From NCBI GenBank assembly GCA_035501655.1, contig DATJVU010000033.1:298770-362769 (forward strand): a DNA stretch of 64,000 bases, given 5' to 3'. Position numbers and translations under genes: made by a program. Position 1 is the first letter of the stretch. Every line of letters begins with the position of its first letter. Shown here one piece after another: positions 1 through 8,865 of the stretch. The notes beneath the pieces are model-generated. The model saw only the letters and a list, made by a program, of their open reading frames with translations. It did not search any database and had not been told where the DNA came from. This DNA is from Candidatus Solibacter sp. (GTDB taxonomy: Bacteria; Acidobacteriota; Terriglobia; Terriglobales; Acidobacteriaceae).

Positions 1-1
1 A

Positions 2-1462
2 CTATTTCCACACAAAAGTTGCCACAGCACCGCCAGGCAAGTTCGCGTTAAAACTCTGCCCCTTCCAACTCACCGTGAAACTCGAAGATCCGCTGGCCGA
101 ATTCAGCACCAGCAACACAATCGATCCATCAGGATTCTTAAACGCAACGTCCTCAATATTTCCGTGGCCAAAGCTCGTGGAGTCGATGCGGTAAGCCCCC
201 GGCACAACGAACTTAGCAATATGCCCAAGCACATAGTATTCGACGTTGTTCTGAATGGTTGCGGGCGAAACGCTGGCGTTGATCGTTACAACGCCGCGGC
301 AATTCCCGCACCCGCCGTTCTGAGGCCCAGAATTCTGATCCAACGCCAGGTTCCACAATGAAACGCTGCGCGCCCAGTTGCGCGTCGCGCCGATGAGCAG
401 GTTCTCGGCATTCCATGCCAGATCCCCGGCAAAGCTCGATCCCACGGTGCCGGAGCATTCCGTAAACCAGATTCCTTTGTCCGGAAACGCAGTTTCGACC
501 TGCGATTGCGCGCTGACGTCGCCGTTGTAGCAGTGAAACGCGCTTCCAGCGGTGAAGCTGGCGGCGGTCGCATCGCCGAGAATCGTTTCTGGATAAGCGG
601 TGTTGTCCCAGTTGTGATCGTAGGCCAGGATCTTCACGTTTCCGAGACCGGCCGAAGCCATCGCGGGGCCGAGATTGCCGCCGATGAAGGCAGCCTCATC
701 GGTCGCCGCCAGATATTCGGTGGGATAGTTGTTGTTCGGATTCAGCGGCTCATTCTGCGGAAGCACTGCATAGATTGGCACTCCCGACTGCTGATAGCCC
801 TGCACGAACTTCACAAAATATTGCGCCAGGCTGGGGAAGTACGTGGTGTTCATGTTTCCGCCGTTCATGGAAGCGGGCGTCTTCATCCACGCGGGCGGGC
901 TCCAGGGCACGGCCACAACTTTCATGTTTGGATTGACCGCGATCGCGCTCTTCAGCAGCGGAATGATGTAGGACGTATCGTGCGCGATAGAAAAATTGTT
1001 CAGGTTCGCATCGGTCTGCCCGGCGGGCATGTCGTCGTAGCTGTAATTGCCGCTGGCGGAAAAGTCGCTCGCGCCCATCGGCTGGCGAAGAAAGCTGATG
1101 CCGATTCCCGCCGACGGGCTGAACAGGCTCTGCCAGAGCGCGGTCTGCTGGTCGGGGGTGAGCTTGTTCCAGACCACCCACGCAGCGGAGTCAGTGAGCG
1201 ACGCGCCGAAGCCATCCATTTGCTGGTAGGTGGTGGCGTCGTTGACCGTGATGACGGTGGCCGAGTTTGAGCCGCCCGTGCCAAAGGTCAGATTCGGCTG
1301 AGCCTGCAGCAGCTGAGTTTGATCCCCAGTGGTTTCCACCACTTGCACCGTGGGTCCGTTGGTTACAAAGGTAGACTGAGGCGCCTTGCTGGAGCACGAA
1401 AGCCCTGAAGCAGCCACAAACAAAGAAGCCACACCGACGCATCGAATAAAGGCGGATTTCAT
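2..1462 (-). CDS. glycoside hydrolase family 30-like secreted lipoprotein (glucosylceramidase / beta-1,6-glucanase type)
   Basis: ORF 2..1612. GH30-like blocks MDGFGASLTDSAAW, LPQNEP and IWFTECSG. Start trimmed to ATG 1462 (MKSAFIRCVG...LSCSS signal/lipobox) because the upstream ORF part reads through a repeat element. Confidence 0.8.
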   Translation of the reverse strand: MKSAFIRCVGVASLFVAASGLSCSSKAPQSTFVTNGPTVQVVETTGDQTQLLQAQPNLTFGTGGSNSATVITVNDATTYQQMDGFGASLTDSAAWVVWNKLTPDQQTALWQSLFSPSAGIGISFLRQPMGASDFSASGNYSYDDMPAGQTDANLNNFSIAHDTSYIIPLLKSAIAVNPNMKVVAVPWSPPAWMKTPASMNGGNMNTTYFPSLAQYFVKFVQGYQQSGVPIYAVLPQNEPLNPNNNYPTEYLAATDEAAFIGGNLGPAMASAGLGNVKILAYDHNWDNTAYPETILGDATAASFTAGSAFHCYNGDVSAQSQVETAFPDKGIWFTECSGTVGSSFAGDLAWNAENLLIGATRNWARSVSLWNLALDQNSGPQNGGCGNCRGVVTINASVSPATIQNNVEYYVLGHIAKFVVPGAYRIDSTSFGHGNIEDVAFKNPDGSIVLLVLNSASGSSSFTVSWKGQSFNANLPGGAVATFVWK

Positions 1463-1482
1463 AAAGCTCCGTAATTCTCCCG

Positions 1483-1529
1483 ATGTCATTCCGAACACGC
1501 GCAAAGCGCGGGTGAGGAACCTGCTTTCC
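1483..1529 (+). repeat. GTCAT-family short repeat, type A (GTCATTCCGAAC + CGCGC-AAA-GCGCG hairpin + GGTGAGGAACCTGC)
   Basis: Near-identical copies at 19606-19654 and 20204-20253. Lies in the GH30 upstream region. Confidence 0.85.
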
Positions 1530-1707
1530 GCCGGTGGCTGAGAAAGGCGGAACAAACTTAAACACTCTGGGCCGAACATACATTCTGCGCCAAAATCGGC
1601 GTAGCAGAGCAACTTTCCCGCTCGCGCAGGGTTCCAATTGGAATAGAATCCCTGAGCGGCGGCTCGCCCGGAGCCGGCCAGCGCACCTTTCGGGTGGAGG
1701 TAGTCTT

Positions 1708-2490
1708 ATGAGGAATCCCACCTTTCTGAAGGCCTTTCTCGCAAGTGCAGTCTCCCTTGCCGTTTTCTTTCTTCCAACACAATCTCTGGCGCAGCACGGT
1801 GGAGGTCACGGTGGCGGTGGCGGCCACGCCGGATCCGGAGGTGGGTTCCATGGTGGCGGCTACTCGGGCGGAGCCATGCACGGTGGTGGCTTTGGCGGCT
1901 ACCACGGTGGCGGTGAAGGGATTGGCGGTCGAGGCTCCTTCGGGGGCACGCGCGGAACCTCGTCAATGTCGCGCGGTCTGGGGGCTTCGCATCCTTGGGC
2001 CTCGGAGGGCCGGGGAGTTCGGAATACTTCTCCAGGATGGCATTCGTTTGAGCGCGGCAGCAATGGCGCTGCCTCCGGCATGAGATCGGGCATGGCAGAA
2101 CGCTCCGGCGCATTGGCCAGCAACCACGCCGCCATTGCGGATGGCAACTGGCATGGCTTTGGGGGCGAGCGTTCCGTTTCGACTGTGGCTTCCGCGACTC
2201 GTTTCGGACCGGTAGCCTCGTTCAATCGAGGAGGCTTCCTCGGTCCGGTCGCGCCAGCATGGCGAGGCGGCTTTGGCTGGGGCGGTGGATGGGGTTTCCG
2301 TGGCGGTTTCGGATGTTGGGGCTGTGGTTGGGGCTGGGGTTGGGGACTCGGTTGGGGCTGGGGCTGGGGTTGGGGACCCGGTTGGTGGGGACCCGGATAC
2401 GCCTGGGCTCCCTACTGGGATTGGTCTCCCTATTGGTACAACCCTTACTGGTCGTACGATGATCCGCCATACGCCTATCCGAATTCCTAG
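1708..2490 (+). CDS. secreted Gly/His-rich protein with C-terminal (GW)n and aromatic YW tail
   Basis: ORF 1534..2490. ATG 1708 is preceded by GGTGGAGG. Signal-like MRNPTFLKAFLASAVSLAVFFLPTQSLA, then GGGH/GGGF repeats and GWGWGWGLGWGWGWGWGPGWW. Low complexity, no family recognised. Confidence 0.6.
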   Translation: MRNPTFLKAFLASAVSLAVFFLPTQSLAQHGGGHGGGGGHAGSGGGFHGGGYSGGAMHGGGFGGYHGGGEGIGGRGSFGGTRGTSSMSRGLGASHPWASEGRGVRNTSPGWHSFERGSNGAASGMRSGMAERSGALASNHAAIADGNWHGFGGERSVSTVASATRFGPVASFNRGGFLGPVAPAWRGGFGWGGGWGFRGGFGCWGCGWGWGWGLGWGWGWGWGPGWWGPGYAWAPYWDWSPYWYNPYWSYDDPPYAYPNS

Positions 2491-3338
2491 TCTGGTTTCG
2501 GAATGATCAGATTGTCGATCAGGCGCGCCTTGCCGACGTAGGCGGCCACAGCGGCCAGCGCGCCTTGCACGGTACTCTCCACTGCATCCAGTGTTTCAGG
2601 ATCGACGATCTCAAAGTAGTCCAGCCGCACTTCATTTTCCGAGGCGATTTCGTCGCGGCCGCTGGCGGCCAGCTTCGCGCCGCTGCGCTCGCCAGCACCA
2701 ACCAGTTCTTTCACGCGCATCAACGAGCGATGCAGCACCAGCGCCTGCTTTCTCTGCTGCGGATCGAGGTATGCATTCCGCGAACTCATCGCCAGCCCGT
2801 CGGGCTCGCGTACGATCGGGCAAACCACGATTTCTACCGGCAGATTCAAATCGCGAACCATGCGCTTGATGACCGCCACCTGCGCGGCATCTTTTTGTCC
2901 GAAGAATGCCGCATCGGGCTCGACAACATGAAAGAGTTTCGCAACCACCGTCGTCACGCCGCGGAAATGTCCGGGCCGCGAGCGGCCATCGAGCTTGCCG
3001 CTGAGTTCTTCGACGGTCACCCATGTTACCGCGCCCGCCGGATACATCTCCTCGAGTGAAGGCGTAAAGAGAACGTCGACGCCTTCGCGCTCGAACAACT
3101 CCCGGTCACGCTCGAACGGCCGCGGATACCTGCTCAGATCCTCATTCGGGCCAAACTGCGTGGGATTCACAAAGATTGACGCTATGACGAAGTCGCATGA
3201 AGCCCGCGCCGCCCGCACCAGCGAGAGGTGCCCCTCGTGCAGGGCGCCCATGGTGGGCACGAAGCCAACGCGCTTCCCGTCGGCCCGTGCCGCACGAGAG
3301 GCGGCCCGCATCTCAGCGATGGTTGTGTAGATCTTCAA
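2487..3338 (-). CDS. panC: pantoate--beta-alanine ligase
   Basis: 283 aa. N-terminus GFVPTMGALHEGHLSLV and overall PanC-like sequence. TTG start. Confidence 0.95.
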   Translation of the reverse strand: MKIYTTIAEMRAASRAARADGKRVGFVPTMGALHEGHLSLVRAARASCDFVIASIFVNPTQFGPNEDLSRYPRPFERDRELFEREGVDVLFTPSLEEMYPAGAVTWVTVEELSGKLDGRSRPGHFRGVTTVVAKLFHVVEPDAAFFGQKDAAQVAVIKRMVRDLNLPVEIVVCPIVREPDGLAMSSRNAYLDPQQRKQALVLHRSLMRVKELVGAGERSGAKLAASGRDEIASENEVRLDYFEIVDPETLDAVESTVQGALAAVAAYVGKARLIDNLIIPKPD

Positions 3339-3394
3339 GATTCATGTCGGACAGCCGCTGTCAGTTGTCCGGTCGAGAAGTTCGACGGCTGCAT

Positions 3395-3856
3395 TCACGG
3401 CGAGGGCACCCACTTCACCGCAATCTTCGCGTTCGCCAGCAAGCCGCCCACTATCCCTTTAGTTCGGCGAATTGCCACTCCATCCTGTTCTGACGCGCGA
3501 ACGCCATTTTCCGCGGTCGCCACCACCCGTCCATACGGCCAGTTCGAAGCCGGCAGCTTTGCCAGCGCCGGTAACAACTCATCCGGCTTCAACTCAATTT
3601 CAGCGTTGTCGGCGAAATCGTAGAGCACGACATCATTCGTCCGTACCATGATGTAGGGATTGCGCCACTGCTTCATATTAGTAATGCGCTCGTACCGGGC
3701 AGCGTCGGCAGAGGGAATTGCCTGGAGCAAAGTCGCAGGATCAGGAGCGCTTGGCGCCTTCGGTTGCGAAGAGCAGCCGCTCAGAACGAAGAGAAAAAGA
3801 AGCGCCGAAACCAGCACACAGCCCGGAGATCGAGCCTTTCCCGGTCGAAACATCAC
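3395..3856 (-). CDS. hypothetical lipoprotein
   Basis: 153 aa. Signal peptide with lipobox LLFLFVLSGCSS. No family recognised. Confidence 0.6.
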   Translation of the reverse strand: MMFRPGKARSPGCVLVSALLFLFVLSGCSSQPKAPSAPDPATLLQAIPSADAARYERITNMKQWRNPYIMVRTNDVVLYDFADNAEIELKPDELLPALAKLPASNWPYGRVVATAENGVRASEQDGVAIRRTKGIVGGLLANAKIAVKWVPSP

Positions 3857-3880
3857 AGCGGCGAGTTTACCCCAACGTGC

Positions 3881-4087
3881 CTAGCGAACGTAAATTGGAG
3901 TGTCGTTCTTCACTGCCCACACCAAAGCCACGATCCATCCGATGACGCTCCAGCCAAGGAAGAGGTTGAGCAGAAAAATCGCCAGCAGATCGCGCTTGCT
4001 CCGGGCCAGAGCGATGATCGACGGCAGAAAATACATCACAAATCCAAGCCCGAAGAATGGGAAGAAGAAGAATCCCAAGAGATGCAT
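3881..4087 (-). CDS. small membrane protein, superinfection-immunity (Imm_superinfect)-like
   Basis: 68 aa, two TM segments. YFLPSIIALARSKRD...LNLFLGWSVIGWIVALVWA resembles the Imm_superinfect family signature (from memory). Confidence 0.65.
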   Translation of the reverse strand: MHLLGFFFFPFFGLGFVMYFLPSIIALARSKRDLLAIFLLNLFLGWSVIGWIVALVWAVKNDTPIYVR

Positions 4088-4202
4088 ATCTACCTCCTTG
4101 TAGACCTAGCCTACCGCAAACCGCCCCACACATAACAATACGCAAACCACACGATGCAGGTTCCCGAGTCGATAACGGTTCGATTTTGCCAACCCTCTCG
4201 GC

Positions 4203-4311
4203 GTCATCCCGAACGTCCACGTTTTTTCCAGCGGACGGAGGGATCTCCCCCTAAGTGCCCATTGGGGGAGATCCCTTGCTCCGCCTGAAGAACGGCTCTG
4301 CTCGGGATGAC
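4203..4311. repeat. inverted pair of GTCAT-family repeats (GTCATCCCGA..GGGATCTCCCC)
   Basis: Plus copy at 4203-4250 and reverse copy at 4265-4311, separated by 14 nt. Could fold as one long hairpin. Confidence 0.75.
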
Positions 4312-4386
4312 GGTAGCTACTCCCAATCAAGTCCTTGCGATTCAACCAAGTCCGTGCCAAATCCGCGCAAATCCGTGGCCAAGGTT

Positions 4387-5292
4387 TTATCGGCCCATAG
4401 CGCGTTTGCGAGCCAACACGGTTTCGAGACCGGCGCGGGTCTCTTTCGGCAGATGATACGACTCCGCATCCGACGGATACTGATGCGACTTCACATCCGC
4501 CCGAAATGCCTGCACCGCTTGCGTAATCACCGCCGCCGCGTCTCCATATCGCCGCACGAATTTCGCCGGCGGCCCAAAAGTCAGGTTCACGATGTCGTGA
4601 AACACCAGCACCTGGCCGTCGCACTCCGGGCCGGCGCCAATGCCGATGGTCGGCGCGCTCACCTCCGCCGTGATCATGGCCGCCACTTCGCGCGGAATCC
4701 CTTCCAGATACAGGCACGCCACACCCGCGCGATCCAGCGCCACAGCATCGCGCATCAGCTGTTCAATGCCTGCAAGATTCTTGCCCTGCACCTTGTATCC
4801 GCCCATCACATTGACCGACTGCGGCGTCAGCCCGATGTGCCCGGCGACCGGAATCTCGGCGTCGATAATCTGGCGAATCAGGTCGGCGCGCTTCTCGCCG
4901 CCTTCCATCTTCACCGCTTCCGCGCCGCCTTCTTTCACAAAGCGCAACGCATTGTCTATAGCGTTTTGGGGGTTAGACTGATAAGACCCATAAGGCATGT
5001 CCGCCACCAGCAGCGCATTCTTCACCCCGCGCCGCACGGCTTTGACATGATGCAGCATCTCGTCCATCGTGACCGAGAGCGTATTCTCGTAGCCCAGCAT
5101 GGTCTGCGCCAACGAATCGCCGACAAGAACCATCTCGACTCCGGCCTCATCGACAAGGCGCGCAGCGGAATAGTCGTAAGCGGTGACGCAAGTGATGGGA
5201 TCGTGCTGGAGTTTCTGTTCCCGCAGAGACGCGGTAGTGGTTTTCTGCCCGTGTTCGTCGAGACGACGAACACCAATCGGCGTGAGACTCAT
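4387..5292 (-). CDS. panB: 3-methyl-2-oxobutanoate hydroxymethyltransferase
   Basis: ORF 4387..5340. TAYDYSAARLVDEAGVEMVLVGDSL is PanB-like. Start set to ATG 5292, preceded by GGAGGAAAC. Confidence 0.95.
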   Translation of the reverse strand: MSLTPIGVRRLDEHGQKTTTASLREQKLQHDPITCVTAYDYSAARLVDEAGVEMVLVGDSLAQTMLGYENTLSVTMDEMLHHVKAVRRGVKNALLVADMPYGSYQSNPQNAIDNALRFVKEGGAEAVKMEGGEKRADLIRQIIDAEIPVAGHIGLTPQSVNVMGGYKVQGKNLAGIEQLMRDAVALDRAGVACLYLEGIPREVAAMITAEVSAPTIGIGAGPECDGQVLVFHDIVNLTFGPPAKFVRRYGDAAAVITQAVQAFRADVKSHQYPSDAESYHLPKETRAGLETVLARKRAMGR

Positions 5293-5501
5293 GTTTCCTC
5301 CAGTGCCCCTCCAGCCCAGCCGGATAGAGCCTGTCAACACTCATCATATTTTACTCCGAAGATACTTGTGGGCGCGCCGAAAAAGATTAGCCCAGCTGCC
5401 TTAAGCTAACCGATTGTCTTATTTAGATTTGGCCGCCTCGGGATCTAGGTAAGGCATATACTCAGTTGTCTTACTCATTTTGTTTAGGTAAAATAGTAAC
5501 C

Positions 5502-5759
5502 ATGCCGTCTTACCAAGCCACGATTAGCTCCAAGGGGCAGGTGGTAGTTCCTGCTGAGCTCCGCAAGCGTTTTGGACTTAAAAAGGGGACTCGAGCCATG
5601 TGGAGAGAAGATCGAGGCCAGCTCGTACTCACCTCCTTCGAGCGCATCCTCGACGAAGTCCAGGGATTTTTGAAGCCGCGTCCAGGCGAACCTTCAGCGT
5701 TTGAAGAATCGCTTGCCGAGCGCGAACGGCAACGCAAGCGCGAGCGGGAAGAAGAATAG
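5502..5759 (+). CDS. vapB: AbrB/SpoVT-family antitoxin (VapB-like)
   Basis: MPSYQATISSKGQVVVPAELRKRFGL is a typical SpoVT/AbrB swapped-hairpin N-terminus. Its stop overlaps the start of the PIN gene. Confidence 0.8.
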   Translation: MPSYQATISSKGQVVVPAELRKRFGLKKGTRAMWREDRGQLVLTSFERILDEVQGFLKPRPGEPSAFEESLAERERQRKREREEE

Positions 5760-6202
5760 TGCCTGCCTCTCGCTCTTCGATCCGCCGCTATGTGCTGGAT
5801 GCCAACGCCCTGATCGGATTCTTCGAAGGCCGGCAGCCTGCCGCCGAAAAAGTACGAAGGATGCTGGCAGATGCGCAATACAGTGATCTTCCTCTGTGGA
5901 TGTCGGCAGTCAATTGGGGCGAAGTTTATTACATCGAGTGGCGACGCTACGGCGAAGCGAAAGCGCAGGAAGCAGAGGTCAAGCTTGGCACGCTGCCAAT
6001 CGTTGTAATACCGGCAGACAAAACTCGCGCGACTCGCGCTGCCACAATCAAGCAGAGACACAATCTCGGCTACGCCGATTCTTTCGCCGCGGAACTGGCC
6101 ATCGAGCGCAATGCCTGGCTAGTGACGGCCGATCCGGAGTTCTCGAAAGTAGGAAAAACGCTGGCCGTGTATTGCCTGCCGCGACATGAGCCTAGCCACT
6201 GA
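5759..6202 (+). CDS. vapC: PIN-domain ribonuclease toxin
   Basis: 147 aa. YVLDANALI...ADSFAAELAI...LVTADPEF carries the PIN acidic residues. GTG start overlaps the antitoxin stop (TAGTG). Confidence 0.85.
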   Translation: MPASRSSIRRYVLDANALIGFFEGRQPAAEKVRRMLADAQYSDLPLWMSAVNWGEVYYIEWRRYGEAKAQEAEVKLGTLPIVVIPADKTRATRAATIKQRHNLGYADSFAAELAIERNAWLVTADPEFSKVGKTLAVYCLPRHEPSH

Positions 6203-6224
6203 CCACCGACCACTGGCCACTGCT

Positions 6225-6890
6225 CTACGCACTCGCCGCTTCCTGCCCGCCGAGCGGCAGGAAATACTGCGTACCCTTAATCGGCTCGGTCACTTTCCGC
6301 AGCAACTCCTGCAAATCTTCGTTGCGGTCGACGAAGTCGATCTCCGAAGTATTCACGATCAGCAGATCGGACGAAGTGTAGTGAAAGAAGAAGTGCTCAT
6401 AAGCCTTCACCACTTCTTCCAGATATTCATCGCTAACCGCTTTTTCGCCCGGAGCATTCTTCTTCTTCAGCCGCTTCTTCAACACCTCGGGCGTGGCCTG
6501 CAGATAGATCACCAGATCAGGCGTGGGCAACTGCTCGCGGAAATAGTTGTAGTAGCGATTGTAGGTGTCGAGTTCCTGATCGTTCAGATTGAGGCAGGCG
6601 AAAAGCTTGTCTTTCTCGAAAATAAAATCGGCGACCACAACTTTCTGCGAGCGCGCCGCCAGATCGAGCGCCTGCAACTGCTCGAAGCGCCGCACCAGAA
6701 ACGTAAACTGCGCCTGAAAGGCCGAGCCGCGTTCACCGTCATAGAACGACTCAAGAAACGGATTCGAATCCGGCTCCATCACGCGCTGCGCGTTCAGCCG
6801 CTCGGCCAGAATGCGCGCCAGCGTACTCTTACCGACTCGGATCGGTCCTTCCACTGCAATGTACCGGGGGAGCTCAAAAAGATTGGCCAT
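6225..6890 (-). CDS. deoxynucleoside kinase
   Basis: 221 aa. P-loop IAVEGPIRVGKSTLA and dNK-like ERGSAFQAQFTFLVRRF. Confidence 0.85.
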   Translation of the reverse strand: MANLFELPRYIAVEGPIRVGKSTLARILAERLNAQRVMEPDSNPFLESFYDGERGSAFQAQFTFLVRRFEQLQALDLAARSQKVVVADFIFEKDKLFACLNLNDQELDTYNRYYNYFREQLPTPDLVIYLQATPEVLKKRLKKKNAPGEKAVSDEYLEEVVKAYEHFFFHYTSSDLLIVNTSEIDFVDRNEDLQELLRKVTEPIKGTQYFLPLGGQEAASA

Positions 6891-6952
6891 GGAATTGGAT
6901 ATCGCAGGATATCTTGCTTGCGCCCCGGAGGCAATTGCGGGAAAAGTTAACA

Positions 6953-7054
6953 GGGATTGAGGGATTGAGCGATTGAGTCATCGAGCGATTAAAAGGCAAC
7001 GACCCCATTCCCGATTTTCAATCGCCCGATCACACAATCGCCCAATCACTCAAT
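6953..7054. repeat. imperfect palindromic GATTGAG-type low-complexity element
   Basis: Left arm GGGATTGAGGGATTGAGCGATTGAG.. and right arm ..AATCGCCCAATCACTCAAT are approximate reverse complements. Confidence 0.6.
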
Positions 7055-7078
7055 ATCTCGATCCGCTACAATCCCTGC

Positions 7079-7795
7079 ATGCTCGCGCCGCTCGCCGCCG
7101 GAAGCGCCGTCATCGCCGCCGCGCTAACCGCCGGCTACCAATCGATTGCGCCCACGGCGCAGTGGTACGGACGCACCTTCACCGGCCTCGCGCGCGGAAC
7201 CAAAAAAATTGCCCTCACCTACGACGACGGCCCAAACGATCAACACACCCAGCGATTGCTCGAAGTCTTGGCCCGCCACAACGTGCTTGCGACGTTTTTT
7301 CTCATCGGCCGCTACGCCAAGGAACGTCCAGCAATCGCGCGCGAACTCGTGCAGTCCGGGCACACTGTAGGCAATCACACCTACACACATCCGCTTCTGA
7401 TTTTCAAGAGTGCCGCCGAAATCCGCGAAGAACTCACCGCTTGCCGCGCAATCTTGCAGGATGTGATCGGCGAACACTCCAATCTTTTTCGCCCGCCATT
7501 CGGCGGCCGCAGGCCCGCAACGTTACGCATCGCGCGAGAACTCGGACTCGAGCCGATCATGTGGAACGTCACCGGCTACGACTGGAACGCGCCGCCTGCG
7601 GCCACAATCGAACGAAAAATCGCAAGACACATCCGCGGCGGCGACGTGATCCTGCTCCACGATGGCGGCCACAAGCAACTCGGTGCCGACCGCTCGCAGA
7701 CGGTCCGAGCCACCGACCATCTGATCCAACGCTACAAAGCCGAGGGATACGAGTTCGTGACCATTCCCACGATGTTGGCGGATAGCAAGTCGTGA
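7079..7795 (+). CDS. polysaccharide deacetylase (NodB homology domain)
   Basis: 238 aa. IALTYDDGPND, ATFFLIG and GNHTYTHP motifs. Confidence 0.9.
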   Translation: MLAPLAAGSAVIAAALTAGYQSIAPTAQWYGRTFTGLARGTKKIALTYDDGPNDQHTQRLLEVLARHNVLATFFLIGRYAKERPAIARELVQSGHTVGNHTYTHPLLIFKSAAEIREELTACRAILQDVIGEHSNLFRPPFGGRRPATLRIARELGLEPIMWNVTGYDWNAPPAATIERKIARHIRGGDVILLHDGGHKQLGADRSQTVRATDHLIQRYKAEGYEFVTIPTMLADSKS

Positions 7796-7820
7796 ACGTT
7801 CTGAACATGGAGCCACACCG

Positions 7821-8846
7821 ATGAAGCGTCTGTTTTTTCTGCTATTCGTCAGCACACTTGCCGTCGCCGCTCAGCCGAAGGCCCTTTTTTACATGATCGA
7901 TAATCCCGCGTCGTTGAAGTCATTCGCGGATCACGCCGATAAGGTCGATCTCCTCGTTCCTGCCTGGTATTCCACTGACGGCAATGGCCTGGTCTGGGGC
8001 GGACCGAACTCTGACACGCTGAAGACCGCCGCCGCGCATCACGTTCCAGTCATGCCGATCGTAGCCTGCATGGTGCAGCTAGACCTGCACAAGCTGCTCA
8101 CGACTCCGGCGTCGCAAAGTGCATTCATCGCAGCGCTGATCAGTGAATCAAAAAAGTTCGGCTACAGCGGCTTCCAGGTCGATTTCGAAAATGTGAACTG
8201 GACCGATCGCGGTGCGCTCTCGGCGTTCGTAGCCGAAACCGCCACTGCGCTGCACAAGGAAAAATTACAACTCACGATTGCCACCGTACCCAACGCCCCG
8301 GGATTTCCCGGCAAGAGCAACTACTCGCACTGGCTCTACGCCAACTGGCGCGGAGCCTATGACCTGAAAGCCCTCGCCGCATCCGTCGACCTGATTTGCC
8401 TGATGACCTACGACCAGAACACGCGCTGGACTCAGCCCGGTCCAGTCGCAGGATACGCATGGACCGTCGAGAACCTGGATTACGCGCTGCAGTTCGTTCC
8501 GAAAGAAAAATTGTCGCTGGGCATCCCCGTTTATGGATATCACTGGTTCGCCGGCGATCCAGGAAAAGAAGAAAAGCCGAACCCGTCCGCGGAATACATC
8601 GGCCAGCCGGAAATCAACGAGTACATGGCCGCGTATCACCCAAAGGTTCAGTGGGACGCCGCCGACCGCACGGCGTGGTTCTATTTCTATCGCGACGACA
8701 ATCGCGATTGGGTCTTCTACACCGACAAGCACGGATTCGAAGAGCGCCTGAATCTGGTCCGCGACCGCGGCCTCGAAGGTTTCTGTTCGTGGGTGCTGGG
8801 GCCCGAAGACCCGGAAATCTGGTCTGTGCTGCCCACACACAAGTGA
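7821..8846 (+). CDS. glycoside hydrolase family 18-like secreted protein
   Basis: 341 aa with a signal peptide. YSGFQVDFENVNW (DxE catalytic-type motif) and MTYDQ block. Confidence 0.75.
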   Translation: MKRLFFLLFVSTLAVAAQPKALFYMIDNPASLKSFADHADKVDLLVPAWYSTDGNGLVWGGPNSDTLKTAAAHHVPVMPIVACMVQLDLHKLLTTPASQSAFIAALISESKKFGYSGFQVDFENVNWTDRGALSAFVAETATALHKEKLQLTIATVPNAPGFPGKSNYSHWLYANWRGAYDLKALAASVDLICLMTYDQNTRWTQPGPVAGYAWTVENLDYALQFVPKEKLSLGIPVYGYHWFAGDPGKEEKPNPSAEYIGQPEINEYMAAYHPKVQWDAADRTAWFYFYRDDNRDWVFYTDKHGFEERLNLVRDRGLEGFCSWVLGPEDPEIWSVLPTHK

Positions 8847-8865
8847 GGAGGGGGTCTCGTTCGGG

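Noticed and set aside
2310-2400. GGTTGGGGCTGGGGC tandem repeats as a non-coding microsatellite.
   Set aside because: The tract lies inside a continuous 260-codon ORF with an RBS and signal peptide, and it encodes the (GW)n tail. It is treated as coding low complexity and reported under the G-run finding.
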